From: a bacterium
GTDB taxonomy: Bacteria > Zhuqueibacterota > Zhuqueibacteria > Oceanimicrobiales > Oceanimicrobiaceae
Assembly (NCBI GenBank): GCA_046757165.1
Contig: JBHHXT010000077.1
Span: 1-20,731, forward strand
Direction: 5' to 3'
Length of the DNA stretch: 20,731 bases
Every line of letters starts with the position of its first letter. Positions within the stretch are counted from its first letter, which is position 1. This document shows positions 1 to 9,489 of the stretch, in pieces. The position numbers and the translations under genes are program-made. The notes under the pieces are model-generated. The model saw nothing but the letters and a program-made list of their open reading frames with translations, did not search any database and was not told where the DNA came from.

Positions 1-199
1 TTTGGAGCATAGCGGTTTCCAAAGTATTTACCACCAATCTACTGAGATTTGTAGTAGAAACCTTCAATCCGTCGATGAGTTGATGTTTGTGAAAATTATA
101 AAAGAAGGCAAAGAAAGGAAGCCCAACAACCAATAAGGACAGGATCAATCCTAAGATTAACTTAATGTCTAACCTTTGATAAAATGGCGTGATTCTCAC
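1..199 (-). CDS. Partial CDS (5' end only, runs off the window): membrane protein, possibly the N-terminus of a sensor histidine kinase or chemoreceptor
   Basis: Not in the ORF track; translated by hand. GTG at 199 is preceded by GAGGTG and the frame is open to the window edge: MRITPFYQRLDIKLILGLILSLLVVGLPFFAFFYNFHKHQLIDGLKVSTTNLSRLVVNTLETAMLQ. A basic N-terminus, one TM helix and an amphipathic helix are typical of TM1 in sensor proteins. Confidence 0.6.
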   Translation of the reverse strand, partial: MRITPFYQRLDIKLILGLILSLLVVGLPFFAFFYNFHKHQLIDGLKVSTTNLSRLVVNTLETAMLQ

Positions 200-503
200 T
201 GCTTTTCACCTCTTTAGGAGGGGATAATTGAGATTTTTCGTGCAACCCAACTGGCTAACCTAATTATCCCACTAGCTAAATGCTCCTCGACGTACTTGAC
301 TCAACCGTTCGAGAAACAGGTGCAAAGGTGCACGGGCTTGCAGTTTGATGGAATAGATTGTCGGCCCTGGTATTCAAATTACGATGCTTAATCTACGAAA
401 CAAAAAAGCAACAATTATGCCATTCTCGGATCCGAGGGGATATGACGAACAATCTGCCAAACAACCGAGGTCTTTTGGCTGGAAACTACCATAACCCTGG
501 CCA

Positions 504-1358
504 TCACTTGCCGAGCGCGCTCATGATGCCTCTTACAGCCGCCGGCAGATCGGCCGGCAGGAGGACGATCTTCGAGTTTCCCGAGGTCGACAGATCTTTC
601 ACCGCCTCGATGTACTTTTCACCGAGCAAGAACAGAACGGGCAATTCGTTTTGATGAATGGCTTCTGTCACTTTTTGGATAGCGCGCTGGCTGGCCTCGG
701 CTAACAGGACCTGGGCCTGGGCATCGCGTTTGGAGGCTTCGAGACGACCATCCGCCTCGAGAATGGCGGCAGACTTGGCGCCCTCGGCGCGTGTGACCGT
801 CGCACGCCGCTCCCGTTCTGCAGCAGCCTGCTCTTCCATCGCTTTTTGCATGGTCTCGGAAGGATTGATATCCTGAATCTCTACGGTTCTCAGGGAGATG
901 CCCCAATCTGAGATATCACCTGAGATCGCCGCCTTTAGTTTTGCCTTGATCGCTTCACGCGAGGACAGGGCGTCGTCCAGGCTCATTTCTCCGATGATGG
1001 AGCGAAGGGAAGTCTGCACCATATTTTGGATCGCTAAGCTGTAATCCTCGACGCCGTAGACGGCTTTGGCCGGAGAGACGATGTTGATATACGCGACAGC
1101 GTTGGCAATGATGACGACATTGTCGCGGGTAATCACATCCTGTGACGGGATGTCCAGGACAATGTCCTTGGTGGTGATTCTGTGAGCCACGGAATCCAAG
1201 TACGGAAGGATGATGTTCAGCCCGGGCCCGAGCGTTCGATGGTATTTTCCAAGCCGTTGCACCAGGTGCTTATGGCCTTGAGGCACAATCCGCACCCCCA
1301 GAGCAATGGTCAAGAAAATCAGGAAGACGAAGACGGAAACGACAATGATGCCCTCCAT
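504..1358 (-). CDS. qmcA: SPFH/band-7 (stomatin-like, QmcA/paraslipin-type) membrane protein
   Basis: N-terminal TM, then RIVPQG..VQRLGKY..LGPGL, QDVITRDNV, LRSIIGEMSLDDALSSR, WGI..VEIQDI and the AAAERERRA coiled coil. GGAGGG lies within the first codons and AGGAGGG upstream of the ATG. Confidence 0.92.
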   Translation of the reverse strand: MEGIIVVSVFVFLIFLTIALGVRIVPQGHKHLVQRLGKYHRTLGPGLNIILPYLDSVAHRITTKDIVLDIPSQDVITRDNVVIIANAVAYINIVSPAKAVYGVEDYSLAIQNMVQTSLRSIIGEMSLDDALSSREAIKAKLKAAISGDISDWGISLRTVEIQDINPSETMQKAMEEQAAAERERRATVTRAEGAKSAAILEADGRLEASKRDAQAQVLLAEASQRAIQKVTEAIHQNELPVLFLLGEKYIEAVKDLSTSGNSKIVLLPADLPAAVRGIMSALGK

Positions 1359-1393
1359 GAAAAGTCCCTCCTATTTGTTGGCTTCAGTAGTAT

Positions 1394-1855
1394 TTATTTT
1401 GACGTTCGTGTCTCGACGACCAGGGTATTGCCAGAAATATCTTTGACATAGACGCGATCCCCGGGTGCCACCGTGTCGGTACAAACAAAAGGCCATTCGT
1501 CTGTGCCGAGGAGTGGCGTGGTAAAGCGTACGACACCGGGCTGTCCGCGTTCAGGTCTCTTGATCACCTGGCCGCTCTCACCCAGCACGGCCTCCGGTGA
1601 GACGCGCACGGCAGTCCGTCCAGTCATCAGCGGTTTGAAAAATTTGAACCATAAGACGGTAAACAGGGTGGATGCGACCGCCCAGATAAAAAGCTGCCAA
1701 CTCAGCGTCACGTCCGGCAGCAGCCAGAGGACGCCTGCGACGACGAAACCGCCCAAGCCGAACCAGAAAATCGTGAAACTGGGGATGAATATTTCGGCGA
1801 TAATCAGCACCATGCCGAATACCAGCCAGTGCCAGTAAAGTAGTTTGATCTCCAT
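1394..1855 (-). CDS. NfeD-like (YbbJ-type) membrane protein, partner of the SPFH protein
   Basis: N-terminal TM helices (WHWLVFGMVLIIAEIF...), then a C-terminal OB-fold pattern (G.SG.V...G.V....EW.....V.PGDRV.V..I.GNTLVV). Canonical position upstream of an SPFH gene. Confidence 0.9.
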   Translation of the reverse strand: MEIKLLYWHWLVFGMVLIIAEIFIPSFTIFWFGLGGFVVAGVLWLLPDVTLSWQLFIWAVASTLFTVLWFKFFKPLMTGRTAVRVSPEAVLGESGQVIKRPERGQPGVVRFTTPLLGTDEWPFVCTDTVAPGDRVYVKDISGNTLVVETRTSK

Positions 1856-2091
1856 TTGTCCTTGTTTTTTTGAAGTTATGGCGGAATGTACACAATAGCA
1901 GCAAGATAGTCAAATACTTATCGCGAACCTGAGACGACCTGCCGGTTGCAAGCAGGTCGCTCGAAATCCGGCCGGGCCGGGATTTAGTCGTTCGAAACAG
2001 GGCGAGATTATGTTGGGGGAAGAAAGAAGGAGCCTGCAAGGGACAACCGTCGGAAGACTGGCTAGTGGTTGAGCGGAAACCAGGAAGCTCA

Positions 2092-2246
2092 TGTCATTTT
2101 GAGTACAAACTCCCGCTCGTTCCTTATCAAGACCCGCATTTTTGTGCGAAGAATCTCTTCCCCAGGCAGAGATGACCAAAGATTCTTCGCGCCCGGAACC
2201 TTTGCCTCCGGGAGGCAGCATTTGGGAGTTTGCGCTCAGAATGACA
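2092..2246. repeat. Nested inverted-repeat (REP-like) element
   Basis: Outer arms TGTCATTTTGAGTACAAACTCCC (2092-2114) and GGGAGTTTGCGCTCAGAATGACA (2224-2246) are 20/23 complementary. Inner arms GCGAAGAATCT (2146-2156) and AGATTCTTCGC (2180-2190) are perfect. Confidence 0.8.
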
Positions 2247-2273
2247 ACAGAGACAGTTTTCGGTCAAACACTA

Positions 2274-3194
2274 TTACTGCCTTGGCCTCGAGCGAAACAT
2301 CCACCGATAGCGTCCGGGTCTATAGGTGATTTTCAGATTGACCCTCGGCGCCTCGGACATATAGTAGAGATACGAAAGTTGTGTAGAAATGGCGGTCAGG
2401 ATGTGCCACATGGCATGGCCCTGGAAACAGCTTTCAGGCAAGCAGAGCAATTTTCTTTCGTCCAGAACCCAGATGCCAAATCCCAGGCCCAGACTCACAA
2501 TCGCACCCACAAAGAGCCAGTTCTTGAGCGACTGGTGGAACCTGATTTCAATGACCAGCGCTGCCAGGATGAGCATGCCGAATGCGTAGCGGCTGGCCTC
2601 GGGCCGAAACCATTGAAAGAGCACCAGGGGCAGCACAACGGCGGCGTAAGCGAGCGTAAACCCGGTAGCACTCTGGCGCAGCTTGCGCGACAGGCCATAG
2701 GTAAAGAGAAATCCACCCAGAAAATACATCCCTGTGACATCAACGAAATGGCCAACGTAGGTCAAGCTGGCGTGAAAGAGCCAGGATCCGAGACCCATCA
2801 GCACAAGCGAGCCGCCATAGAAAAGACCATATCTTTTGTGGCGTCTGAGCGGAGAAAGTCGAGGGGAGGGCAGTTTGTCAAGAAAGGAGCGTCTCGCCGC
2901 CCACAGCCCGATCGGAATAAAAATCACGGAGGACCAGGTGTTGAGAGGCTGCCTTATCGGCCCATTGCGAACGTGCTCGCAAAAAACGCGATCGGGGAAT
3001 CCGGTGCTCAACTTCCAGGTGCTCCAGGAGATATCTTTGGTACTGATGAAAATGAGGGCAGCCATGATAGCCGCGAAAACAGTCACGGGCACAAAAAATC
3101 TTCTTAGCTCCCAGACCAGCCATCTGCCGTGTTTCTCAAAAAAGATAGTGAGAAAGAATCCTTTTCGTATTCTTCGAAGTCTAAATCGTTTCAT
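2274..3194 (-). CDS. CREST-superfamily membrane hydrolase (alkaline ceramidase-like)
   Basis: About 7-8 TM helices. FCE and PLNTWSS motifs, SxxxH (GSWLFHA), a conserved Asp (HFVD) and HxxxH (HAMWH) match the CREST Zn-binding pattern. Start codon uncertain. Confidence 0.8.
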   Translation of the reverse strand: MKRFRLRRIRKGFFLTIFFEKHGRWLVWELRRFFVPVTVFAAIMAALIFISTKDISWSTWKLSTGFPDRVFCEHVRNGPIRQPLNTWSSVIFIPIGLWAARRSFLDKLPSPRLSPLRRHKRYGLFYGGSLVLMGLGSWLFHASLTYVGHFVDVTGMYFLGGFLFTYGLSRKLRQSATGFTLAYAAVVLPLVLFQWFRPEASRYAFGMLILAALVIEIRFHQSLKNWLFVGAIVSLGLGFGIWVLDERKLLCLPESCFQGHAMWHILTAISTQLSYLYYMSEAPRVNLKITYRPGRYRWMFRSRPRQ

Positions 3195-3510
3195 GCCTTC
3201 CTATGGCTTGTTGCCTTCTAATAATTAATAACAGCGTCCTTGCCAAGACGTATTTCAGGAAAAAGAGTATGAATGAGCTATCTCTCTGAAGCGCAGAAAA
3301 GTTCCGTTCAAACCACGAAGATGTGCGATATTGCAATAAGTTCAAATTTGCTTCTCCATGATTCAAAATCAAACCGCTAATTCACGCTAATGCCGCGAAC
3401 TTAAAGAACGCAGAGTTGCGCACTTCACGTCAATAAGATGTAAATCTAAGCGTATGATATCGGGCTATCCACGACTGATTCAAGAATCTCCATTGCAGAA
3501 GGGTGGGAAG

Positions 3511-6500
3511 ATGAAAGTGTTGAACGTTCTCCTGACCGTGACCGTCTTTGCATTCATTGCATCTTCGGTTGCTGGACAGGTTTCTGGCAGAGCCGCCGGG
3601 GACAGCCTGACCTTTGTTCCGACCGACGACGGTCAGGTGAAGTCTACCCGTCCAGCCAAAAACTACGGCACAAAGAGCACGACGAAGGTTGAAAGAGGAC
3701 TCTTTAATACATATCTAAAATTTGACGTCACCGGCATTCATGCCGCCGTTCAGCATGCGCGTCTGCGGTTATTCGTCGTGGAAGAGAGTAACGATGGGGG
3801 TGCACTGTATTTAGTGTCCAACAACTACTTGAATACAGACGCCCCCTGGGACGAAGGCGGACTGACCTGGAATAATGCCCCGACGATAGCTGACTCTGTG
3901 GTAAGCACCCTCCGCCTCGTGACAGCAAACACCTTCGTTGAGTTCGATGTCACCGCCGCGATTTCAGGAGACACCACTTACAGTTTTGCCATAAGGAACG
4001 GCTCCACCGACAGAGTTCAGTATAGCACCAAAGAGGGGAGCCACGCTCCTGAGCTTATCATCGAGACCGGTGTTGGCAAACGCAACGCCTCTCCGCTGGC
4101 TGTCGACGACAAGTATGTTTCTGAAGATAGCCAGAGCCTGGTTGTTTCAGCTCCTGGTGTCCTGGAGAATGACCGTGATCCGGATGGCGATTTCATAACG
4201 GCCACTCAGGCCAGCCAGCCCACGCACGGCTCGTTGGTATTGAACGCAGATGGATCGTTTGTCTTTACCCCGGACGCAGGATTTCTTGGCACAGATAAAT
4301 TCATGTACACGGTAAGCGACAGCAGTGGCGGTACGGCCGTGGGTTTGGTGGCGGTGACATTTACCTTTAATGACTCTGCCAGAGCCGCCATCGTTGACCC
4401 CGCTATCAGTACGAATCCCACGACCGGTACTGCAGATGACCCGGCTCTGTGGATCCACCCAACCAACTCTGCCAGGAGCATTATCATCGGTACAGACAAA
4501 GTCGCTGGCATCTTTGTGTGGGATTTGAATGGCACTGAGTTGCAGCACATCGAGCAAGGAACGCAGTCGAACAACGTGGAGGTGAAAACGGGAGTGGTGT
4601 TTGCCGGCGAACGTGTAGATATAGTTGCGGCCAACTTGCGCGGCGCTGGCAAACTTGCTGTATTCAAAGTCAATCCCGACTACACTGGTTCCGATGTTTT
4701 GGTTCAGATAGCGGATATGAATAGCGAAAACAACGACATTCAAGCCGACAGTTATGGCTTTGGTTTGTACCGCCGTCCGGCTGACGGCGCGCTTTTTGTG
4801 TTTGAAAGGCCCAAAAATGAAGGGGCAATTCGACAATACCGCATCGTCGACGATGGCACACCAAACGGTGTGCTCGTCACGCCTGTTCGCGACCTCAACT
4901 ACAGCGGCGGTGTCGCGGAGGGGTTTGTCGTGGATGATGAGATGGGTTTCATTTACATCTCAGAAGAAGCAAAAGGCGTACATAAGTATCTCGTCGACCC
5001 GGCCATGAGCAGCGACCCCATCGCCCTTTTCGCCACGGATGACGGCATCGCAGGGGATCGCGAGGGATTGGGCTTGTACGCCTGCAGCGATAGTACCGGA
5101 TATTTGCTGTTGTCCAGTCAAGGAAACTCCACCATCAAGATCTATGAGCGGCAGGGAGACAACAGATTTCTCAAGACGGTCATCCCGGCGAACGCAGATG
5201 GAGACTTCGGCCTGGGGACAGACGGCCTGGATGTCACCTCATCTGCTGCCGGGCCAAACCTCCCGAACGGATTCGTGGTCGTTCATGAGGAGGCGGGCAG
5301 CAGATTTCATGTTTACGACTGGGCGCGGTTTGCCGGCGACGACCTGACCATCTGCGTCAACGGCGACGTTCCCGGGAATGGACAGAATGCCGCGCCCATC
5401 GCAGTGGATGACTCGCTAACGACGAGCGTCGGCGCAGCAGTCGATATTCAGGTCACCGCCAATGACAGGGACCCGGATGGCACAATCGAGGGCTCTACTG
5501 TGTTGATAGTCGAGCCGCCTCTCAATGGCACGGCCGTTGTCAGTAGCTCCGAAGGCGTGGTGACCTACACGCCGAACAGCAATTTTGTCGGCAGGGATCT
5601 GTTTTCCTATACCGTGGCTGACGATGATGGCGCCAGATCGAACCCAGCGAACGTGACCGTCACCGTTTCTAATGACGCCAACATCAACACTTTCTCATTT
5701 CGAGCCACGGACGATGCACACGTCAAGTCGACTAAACCAACAACCAATTACGGCGACCGCCTTTCTCTAAAAGTGGATGCGCCTCTTTTTCACAGTTATG
5801 TCAAGTTTAGAGTATCGGAGCTAAGCGGGCCGGTGCAAAGCGCCAGAATTCGTCTCTTCGCCATCAACGGCAGCAGTGATGGGGGGTCCATCTATTCTGT
5901 TTCCAATAATTACAAAGACTCGCTCACGCCCTGGAAAGAAGACAGCCTGCATTTCAGTAACGCGCCTGATATCATGGCACCCCCCATCAGCTCCGCTGGC
6001 GCGGTAGGGACTGGAGAGATAGTGGAATTTGACGTCACAGATGTCATCACCGCAGAGGGCATCTATAGCTTTGGAATCCTCAACCAGTCAACGGACAAGG
6101 CCGAGTACAGCTCTGATGAAGGGGCCAATCCTCCTGAGCTGATCGTTCAGGCTGGATCGGACGGCATCGGCAACCTTCCTCCAATCGCACTTGATGACAG
6201 CGCCACCACGATGATAGAAAGGCCCGTTACGATCGATGTGCTGGCCAACGACTCTGACCCTGACGACACCCTGGATGTGTCAACGGTTGCGATCGTGTCT
6301 CCCCCTGCGAGCGGCTCCATCACGACAGACATGGCCACAGGTCGGGTGACGTACACCCCCAACAACGGTTTCACCGGCCGCGACATGTTTACCTATACGG
6401 TCAAAGATAACACCGGGGAACTCTCCAATCCTGCGGCGGTTTCGGTGACCGTGCTCACCGGCGCACGGACTTTGAGTTTCGTTCCAACCGATGATGTACA

Positions 6501-7296
6501 CGTCAAGTCTTCCTATCCGACTCAGAATGCTGGCAGAAGGAGCACGGCCCGGGTTCAAAAGGATGTTTACAAAACGTACATCAAGTTCAAAGTCGAAGGT
6601 CTTCGCGAACGCGTACAAGGTGCCTATCTACGTCTCTTTGTTGTCGACGGCAGCGACCAGGGAGGCATGATCTACCTGGTATCGAACAATTACGTCGATT
6701 CCAGCACCGCCTGGGAGGAGAATCAGTTGATGTGGAGCAACGCGCCTCTTGTGGCCGGGGCATCACTGAGCGTCGTCAAGGAAGCAAAGGCTCATACACT
6801 TGTGGCGTTTGATGTGAAATCGGCGATCCCGGGCAACGGCATTTATAGTTTCGCCATCGTCAGTACCTCCCTGGATAAGGTCGCATACAGCACGAAGGAA
6901 GGAGTCAGCCCCCCAGTGCTCATCCTTGTTGAAAGCCCTTCATCACCGAACCCAGACGAGGCAGAGCAAACGCTGGCAACCGCCGCCGAACACGACAAGA
7001 CAACACCGCGCATGCCACAACAGATTGCTCTCAGTCCAACGTATCCCAATCCGTTCAACCTGGAGACCAGGCTCGAGTACGGTGTACCGGAACAGGCCAA
7101 AGTGCAACTGACGATCTACAATGTCAGAGGGCAACAAGTGCGCAAGCTCGTTGATGAAATCCAACCGCCGGGATACAAGAAGGTGTTCTGGAACGGGAAA
7201 GATAATACCGGCAATGTGGTCGGCTCAGGCGTCTACTTCCTGCAGCTTGTTGTTAACAAGCAAATTCTTACCAGAAAACTCACCCTGCAGAAATAG
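3511..7296 (+). CDS. Secreted multidomain beta-propeller phytase (3-phytase) with 3 DNRLRE/CBM96-like domains, 3 Ig-like tandem-95 (Big_9) repeats and a C-terminal FlgD-Ig/T9SS-like domain
   Basis: Signal peptide MKVLNVLLTVTVFAFIASSVAG from ATG 3511 (ORF track starts at 3454). Phytase motifs ADDPALWIHP, IIGTDK, EGFVVDDE, YISEE, DREGLGLY, GYLLLSSQGNS and TDGLDV. Repeats P.A.DD...V..ND.DPD...YTP...F.G.D.F.YTV.D (x3) and TDD..VKS..P..N.G...Y.KF.V....A.LRLF (x3). C-terminus YPNPFN...IYN.RGQ.VR.L...WNGKD..G..V.SGVYF. Confidence 0.88.
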   Translation: MKVLNVLLTVTVFAFIASSVAGQVSGRAAGDSLTFVPTDDGQVKSTRPAKNYGTKSTTKVERGLFNTYLKFDVTGIHAAVQHARLRLFVVEESNDGGALYLVSNNYLNTDAPWDEGGLTWNNAPTIADSVVSTLRLVTANTFVEFDVTAAISGDTTYSFAIRNGSTDRVQYSTKEGSHAPELIIETGVGKRNASPLAVDDKYVSEDSQSLVVSAPGVLENDRDPDGDFITATQASQPTHGSLVLNADGSFVFTPDAGFLGTDKFMYTVSDSSGGTAVGLVAVTFTFNDSARAAIVDPAISTNPTTGTADDPALWIHPTNSARSIIIGTDKVAGIFVWDLNGTELQHIEQGTQSNNVEVKTGVVFAGERVDIVAANLRGAGKLAVFKVNPDYTGSDVLVQIADMNSENNDIQADSYGFGLYRRPADGALFVFERPKNEGAIRQYRIVDDGTPNGVLVTPVRDLNYSGGVAEGFVVDDEMGFIYISEEAKGVHKYLVDPAMSSDPIALFATDDGIAGDREGLGLYACSDSTGYLLLSSQGNSTIKIYERQGDNRFLKTVIPANADGDFGLGTDGLDVTSSAAGPNLPNGFVVVHEEAGSRFHVYDWARFAGDDLTICVNGDVPGNGQNAAPIAVDDSLTTSVGAAVDIQVTANDRDPDGTIEGSTVLIVEPPLNGTAVVSSSEGVVTYTPNSNFVGRDLFSYTVADDDGARSNPANVTVTVSNDANINTFSFRATDDAHVKSTKPTTNYGDRLSLKVDAPLFHSYVKFRVSELSGPVQSARIRLFAINGSSDGGSIYSVSNNYKDSLTPWKEDSLHFSNAPDIMAPPISSAGAVGTGEIVEFDVTDVITAEGIYSFGILNQSTDKAEYSSDEGANPPELIVQAGSDGIGNLPPIALDDSATTMIERPVTIDVLANDSDPDDTLDVSTVAIVSPPASGSITTDMATGRVTYTPNNGFTGRDMFTYTVKDNTGELSNPAAVSVTVLTGARTLSFVPTDDVHVKSSYPTQNAGRRSTARVQKDVYKTYIKFKVEGLRERVQGAYLRLFVVDGSDQGGMIYLVSNNYVDSSTAWEENQLMWSNAPLVAGASLSVVKEAKAHTLVAFDVKSAIPGNGIYSFAIVSTSLDKVAYSTKEGVSPPVLILVESPSSPNPDEAEQTLATAAEHDKTTPRMPQQIALSPTYPNPFNLETRLEYGVPEQAKVQLTIYNVRGQQVRKLVDEIQPPGYKKVFWNGKDNTGNVVGSGVYFLQLVVNKQILTRKLTLQK

Positions 7297-7401
7297 TCCG
7301 TGACGGGAACCGTTCCAGTCTTTCCGTGCAAGATTTGGCGTTTGATGATCAAGCACCGATCGGAGACACTCTCTGACTGTTTCGTCTGGTTCCAACGCTC
7401 T

Positions 7402-7533
7402 GAGCCTGTGTGAAATGTAACGCAAGCATCTTGCTTGCGAGAATGGATTGCAAAGAAAACAAGAACTTAGTTTGAATCATATATCTTTCTTGACAAGCCA
7501 GAGACTTGTTTTACGATGTTTTCACACAGGCTC
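7402..7533. mobile_element. Putative MITE (132 bp) with 14-bp perfect terminal inverted repeats and a 3-bp TCT direct repeat
   Basis: GAGCCTGTGTGAAA (7402-7415) pairs with TTTCACACAGGCTC (7520-7533). TCT flanks both ends (7399-7401, 7534-7536). Removing the element restores the hairpin TTCCAACGC-TCT-GCGTTGGAA. Confidence 0.7.
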
Positions 7534-7551
7534 TCTGCGTTGGAATCCGGG

Positions 7552-7624
7552 TTTGACGCTCTGCGTCCTTTTACTTGACGCGGAGCGTCAAATACTGGTT
7601 CCCACACGGAGCGTGGGGAACCAG
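7552..7624. repeat. REP-like palindrome cluster
   Basis: TTTGACGCTCTGCGTC (7552-7567) and GACGCGGAGCGTCAAA (7577-7592) are 15/16 complementary. Hairpin CTGGTTCCC...GGGAACCAG spans 7595-7624. Confidence 0.7.
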
Positions 7625-7726
7625 AACAAGCCCGGGACTTGAATATTACCATCTGGTTTCGCACATTGTGTTAAGTCACTAAACTAATTTCTTTTCTATT
7701 CTCTTACATGCACCTGGGAGGCCAGA

Positions 7727-8473
7727 ATGAAACATCCCATCTTTGGCTGCTGTCTGATTCTCCTGCTTGTGCTCGCATCACGTGTGTCGGCTCAAGAGCA
7801 GCCACACGCCAGTCCAACCCGGCCGTCAGCATCTGACAATGGCTATTTGACCGCACCCGGGTACACCGAACTCGAGGTCGGCTTTGCCCTTGCTGAGGAC
7901 ACCTGGACCTTGCCCGCTCTGCTCAAATTAAGCCTGCAGCGCAGGCTCGAAGTCGGGTTCATCATGCAAGGCATCCTCAACCATTCGGACTTTGGGGACG
8001 GGGACACCGAGCTGGGGGACCCCGGATTTCAGGTCAAGTATCAGCTTGCAGACCGCCCCTGGGGCGCCGTTGCCGTCGTCGGGCGCGTGGACTTTCTTTC
8101 GGGCAGCGACCCGAAAACCACTGTCTACTCTGTCGTCAGCTATCAAGCCCCCACATTCCAGTTGGATGCGACACTGGGCGGCGCGCGCTTTGAGCAGGAA
8201 AATGGCTCGCATGACGAGTCGATCTTCTACGCGGTCGCCATTTCACGAAAGTTGAGCGGCAGGGTTGGCGGCTATGCCGAGATCTTCGGAGAGCACGCCT
8301 CGGGAGTCTCTGCGCTATCGGTTGACGGCGGGGTCTCCTTTGCGCATTCGCAGCAATTTGTCTCGGATATTTCGCTGGTTCTTGGCCTGAGCGATGATGC
8401 TCCGGATTGGGTGATTCAGGTTGGGTTGACCTCTGTGCTCGTGAGAGTGCTCGGCCGGCCCGCCGCGGAATAA
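7727..8473 (+). CDS. Putative outer-membrane beta-barrel protein (MetA-pathway/phenol degradation 'transporter'-like)
   Basis: GGGAGG SD and a signal peptide ending VSA-Q. RPS.SD.....PG..ELE.G N-terminal pattern, alternating amphipathic strands (GDPGFQVKYQL, GGYAEIFG, VDGGVSF) and C-terminal GL...APDW.IQVGLT. Confidence 0.65.
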   Translation: MKHPIFGCCLILLLVLASRVSAQEQPHASPTRPSASDNGYLTAPGYTELEVGFALAEDTWTLPALLKLSLQRRLEVGFIMQGILNHSDFGDGDTELGDPGFQVKYQLADRPWGAVAVVGRVDFLSGSDPKTTVYSVVSYQAPTFQLDATLGGARFEQENGSHDESIFYAVAISRKLSGRVGGYAEIFGEHASGVSALSVDGGVSFAHSQQFVSDISLVLGLSDDAPDWVIQVGLTSVLVRVLGRPAAE

Positions 8474-8583
8474 AATCCCGCGGCTCAGCTTAGTTAGCAA
8501 GGACGCTGAAGCGCCCTGTGCGGGCGGACGAGGGAACTTAGCATCATTCGATGATGCTTTGGCGATTCATCGCCATGCGGAGC

Positions 8584-9471
8584 TTAACGCTGCAGAAACG
8601 ACAATACAGACGAAGCCCACTCGTGCGGACTTTCGAGCATCGGATAATGTCCAAGCTCTGGCAAGAACGTCAGCCGGGAGTTTGGCATTTCTTCATGCAA
8701 TCTGTGGGCGATCTCAGGAACAGCGATGGGATCGCGCTGCCCCCAGAGAATGTGAGCCGGCAGCGTCGACTGCCCGAGTGCGCCGATCCATCGGTGCCAA
8801 TATCGGTATCGTTCATCGAGATAGCGGGAAATCTGTGGCAGTCGATGACGGCCGTCGTTGAGATTCAGGCCTTCCCACAGCACATCGAGGTCCTCGCGGG
8901 AAACCGAGTCCGGCGTTGCAAAGATTGCCCGCAAACGTCTTTCGAAGAACGATTTTGAGACCAGCCGGACAAAGGAGGGGCCGAGTGCGCGGTTTCGCAT
9001 CAGGCGCTGGGCGATGGTGAGCCGCGCCAGCTCGATGTGAACGCTGCCGTTGCACAAACTCAAACTGAGCAATTTCACCGGTAGCCCGCCACGCTGCTGC
9101 CGGGCCAACAGTTCCGTTGCGATGGAGGTGCCGTAGTCATGGGCCAGGAGATGCGCTTCCTGGATGTCGAGCTCCTGCCAGACTGCCAGCGCCACCTCCG
9201 CCTGCTCGATGAGGGAGTAGGAATAACTCCTGGGCTTGTCGGATAGTCCGAAACCGGGATGGTCGTGTATCACGACTCGGTAATTTTGTGCCAGCATTTC
9301 CAGGCAAGCATGGAAATCGAATGAAAAGGTGGGGAAGCCATGCAGGATGAGCAGAGCTGGCGCATCCAATTCACGCTCCGCGATCACGAAGACGTTTTGG
9401 TCGAGGACCGGGATGAACTGACCGCGGTTTTGCCAATTCAAGAGCGCTGGTGACAGGTTTTTGCTCATCAA
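8584..9471 (-). CDS. Alpha/beta hydrolase (epoxide hydrolase/MEST-like, Asp nucleophile)
   Basis: LILHGFPT oxyanion motif, DHPGFGLSDKP, nucleophile elbow AHDYG, ILWGQRD and the catalytic His in LGHYPMLE. Confidence 0.9.
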   Translation of the reverse strand: MMSKNLSPALLNWQNRGQFIPVLDQNVFVIAERELDAPALLILHGFPTFSFDFHACLEMLAQNYRVVIHDHPGFGLSDKPRSYSYSLIEQAEVALAVWQELDIQEAHLLAHDYGTSIATELLARQQRGGLPVKLLSLSLCNGSVHIELARLTIAQRLMRNRALGPSFVRLVSKSFFERRLRAIFATPDSVSREDLDVLWEGLNLNDGRHRLPQISRYLDERYRYWHRWIGALGQSTLPAHILWGQRDPIAVPEIAHRLHEEMPNSRLTFLPELGHYPMLESPHEWASSVLSFLQR

Positions 9472-9489
9472 CGATGGAATCGTCTCAAA

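Noticed and set aside
504..1855. SPFH-NfeD as part of the ubiquitin-like membrane quality-control system
   Set aside because: About 11 kb away, separated by unrelated and oppositely oriented genes. The pair is widespread on its own.
2142..3107. 321-aa plus-strand ORF
   Set aside because: Antisense to the well-supported CREST gene and starts inside a palindromic repeat.
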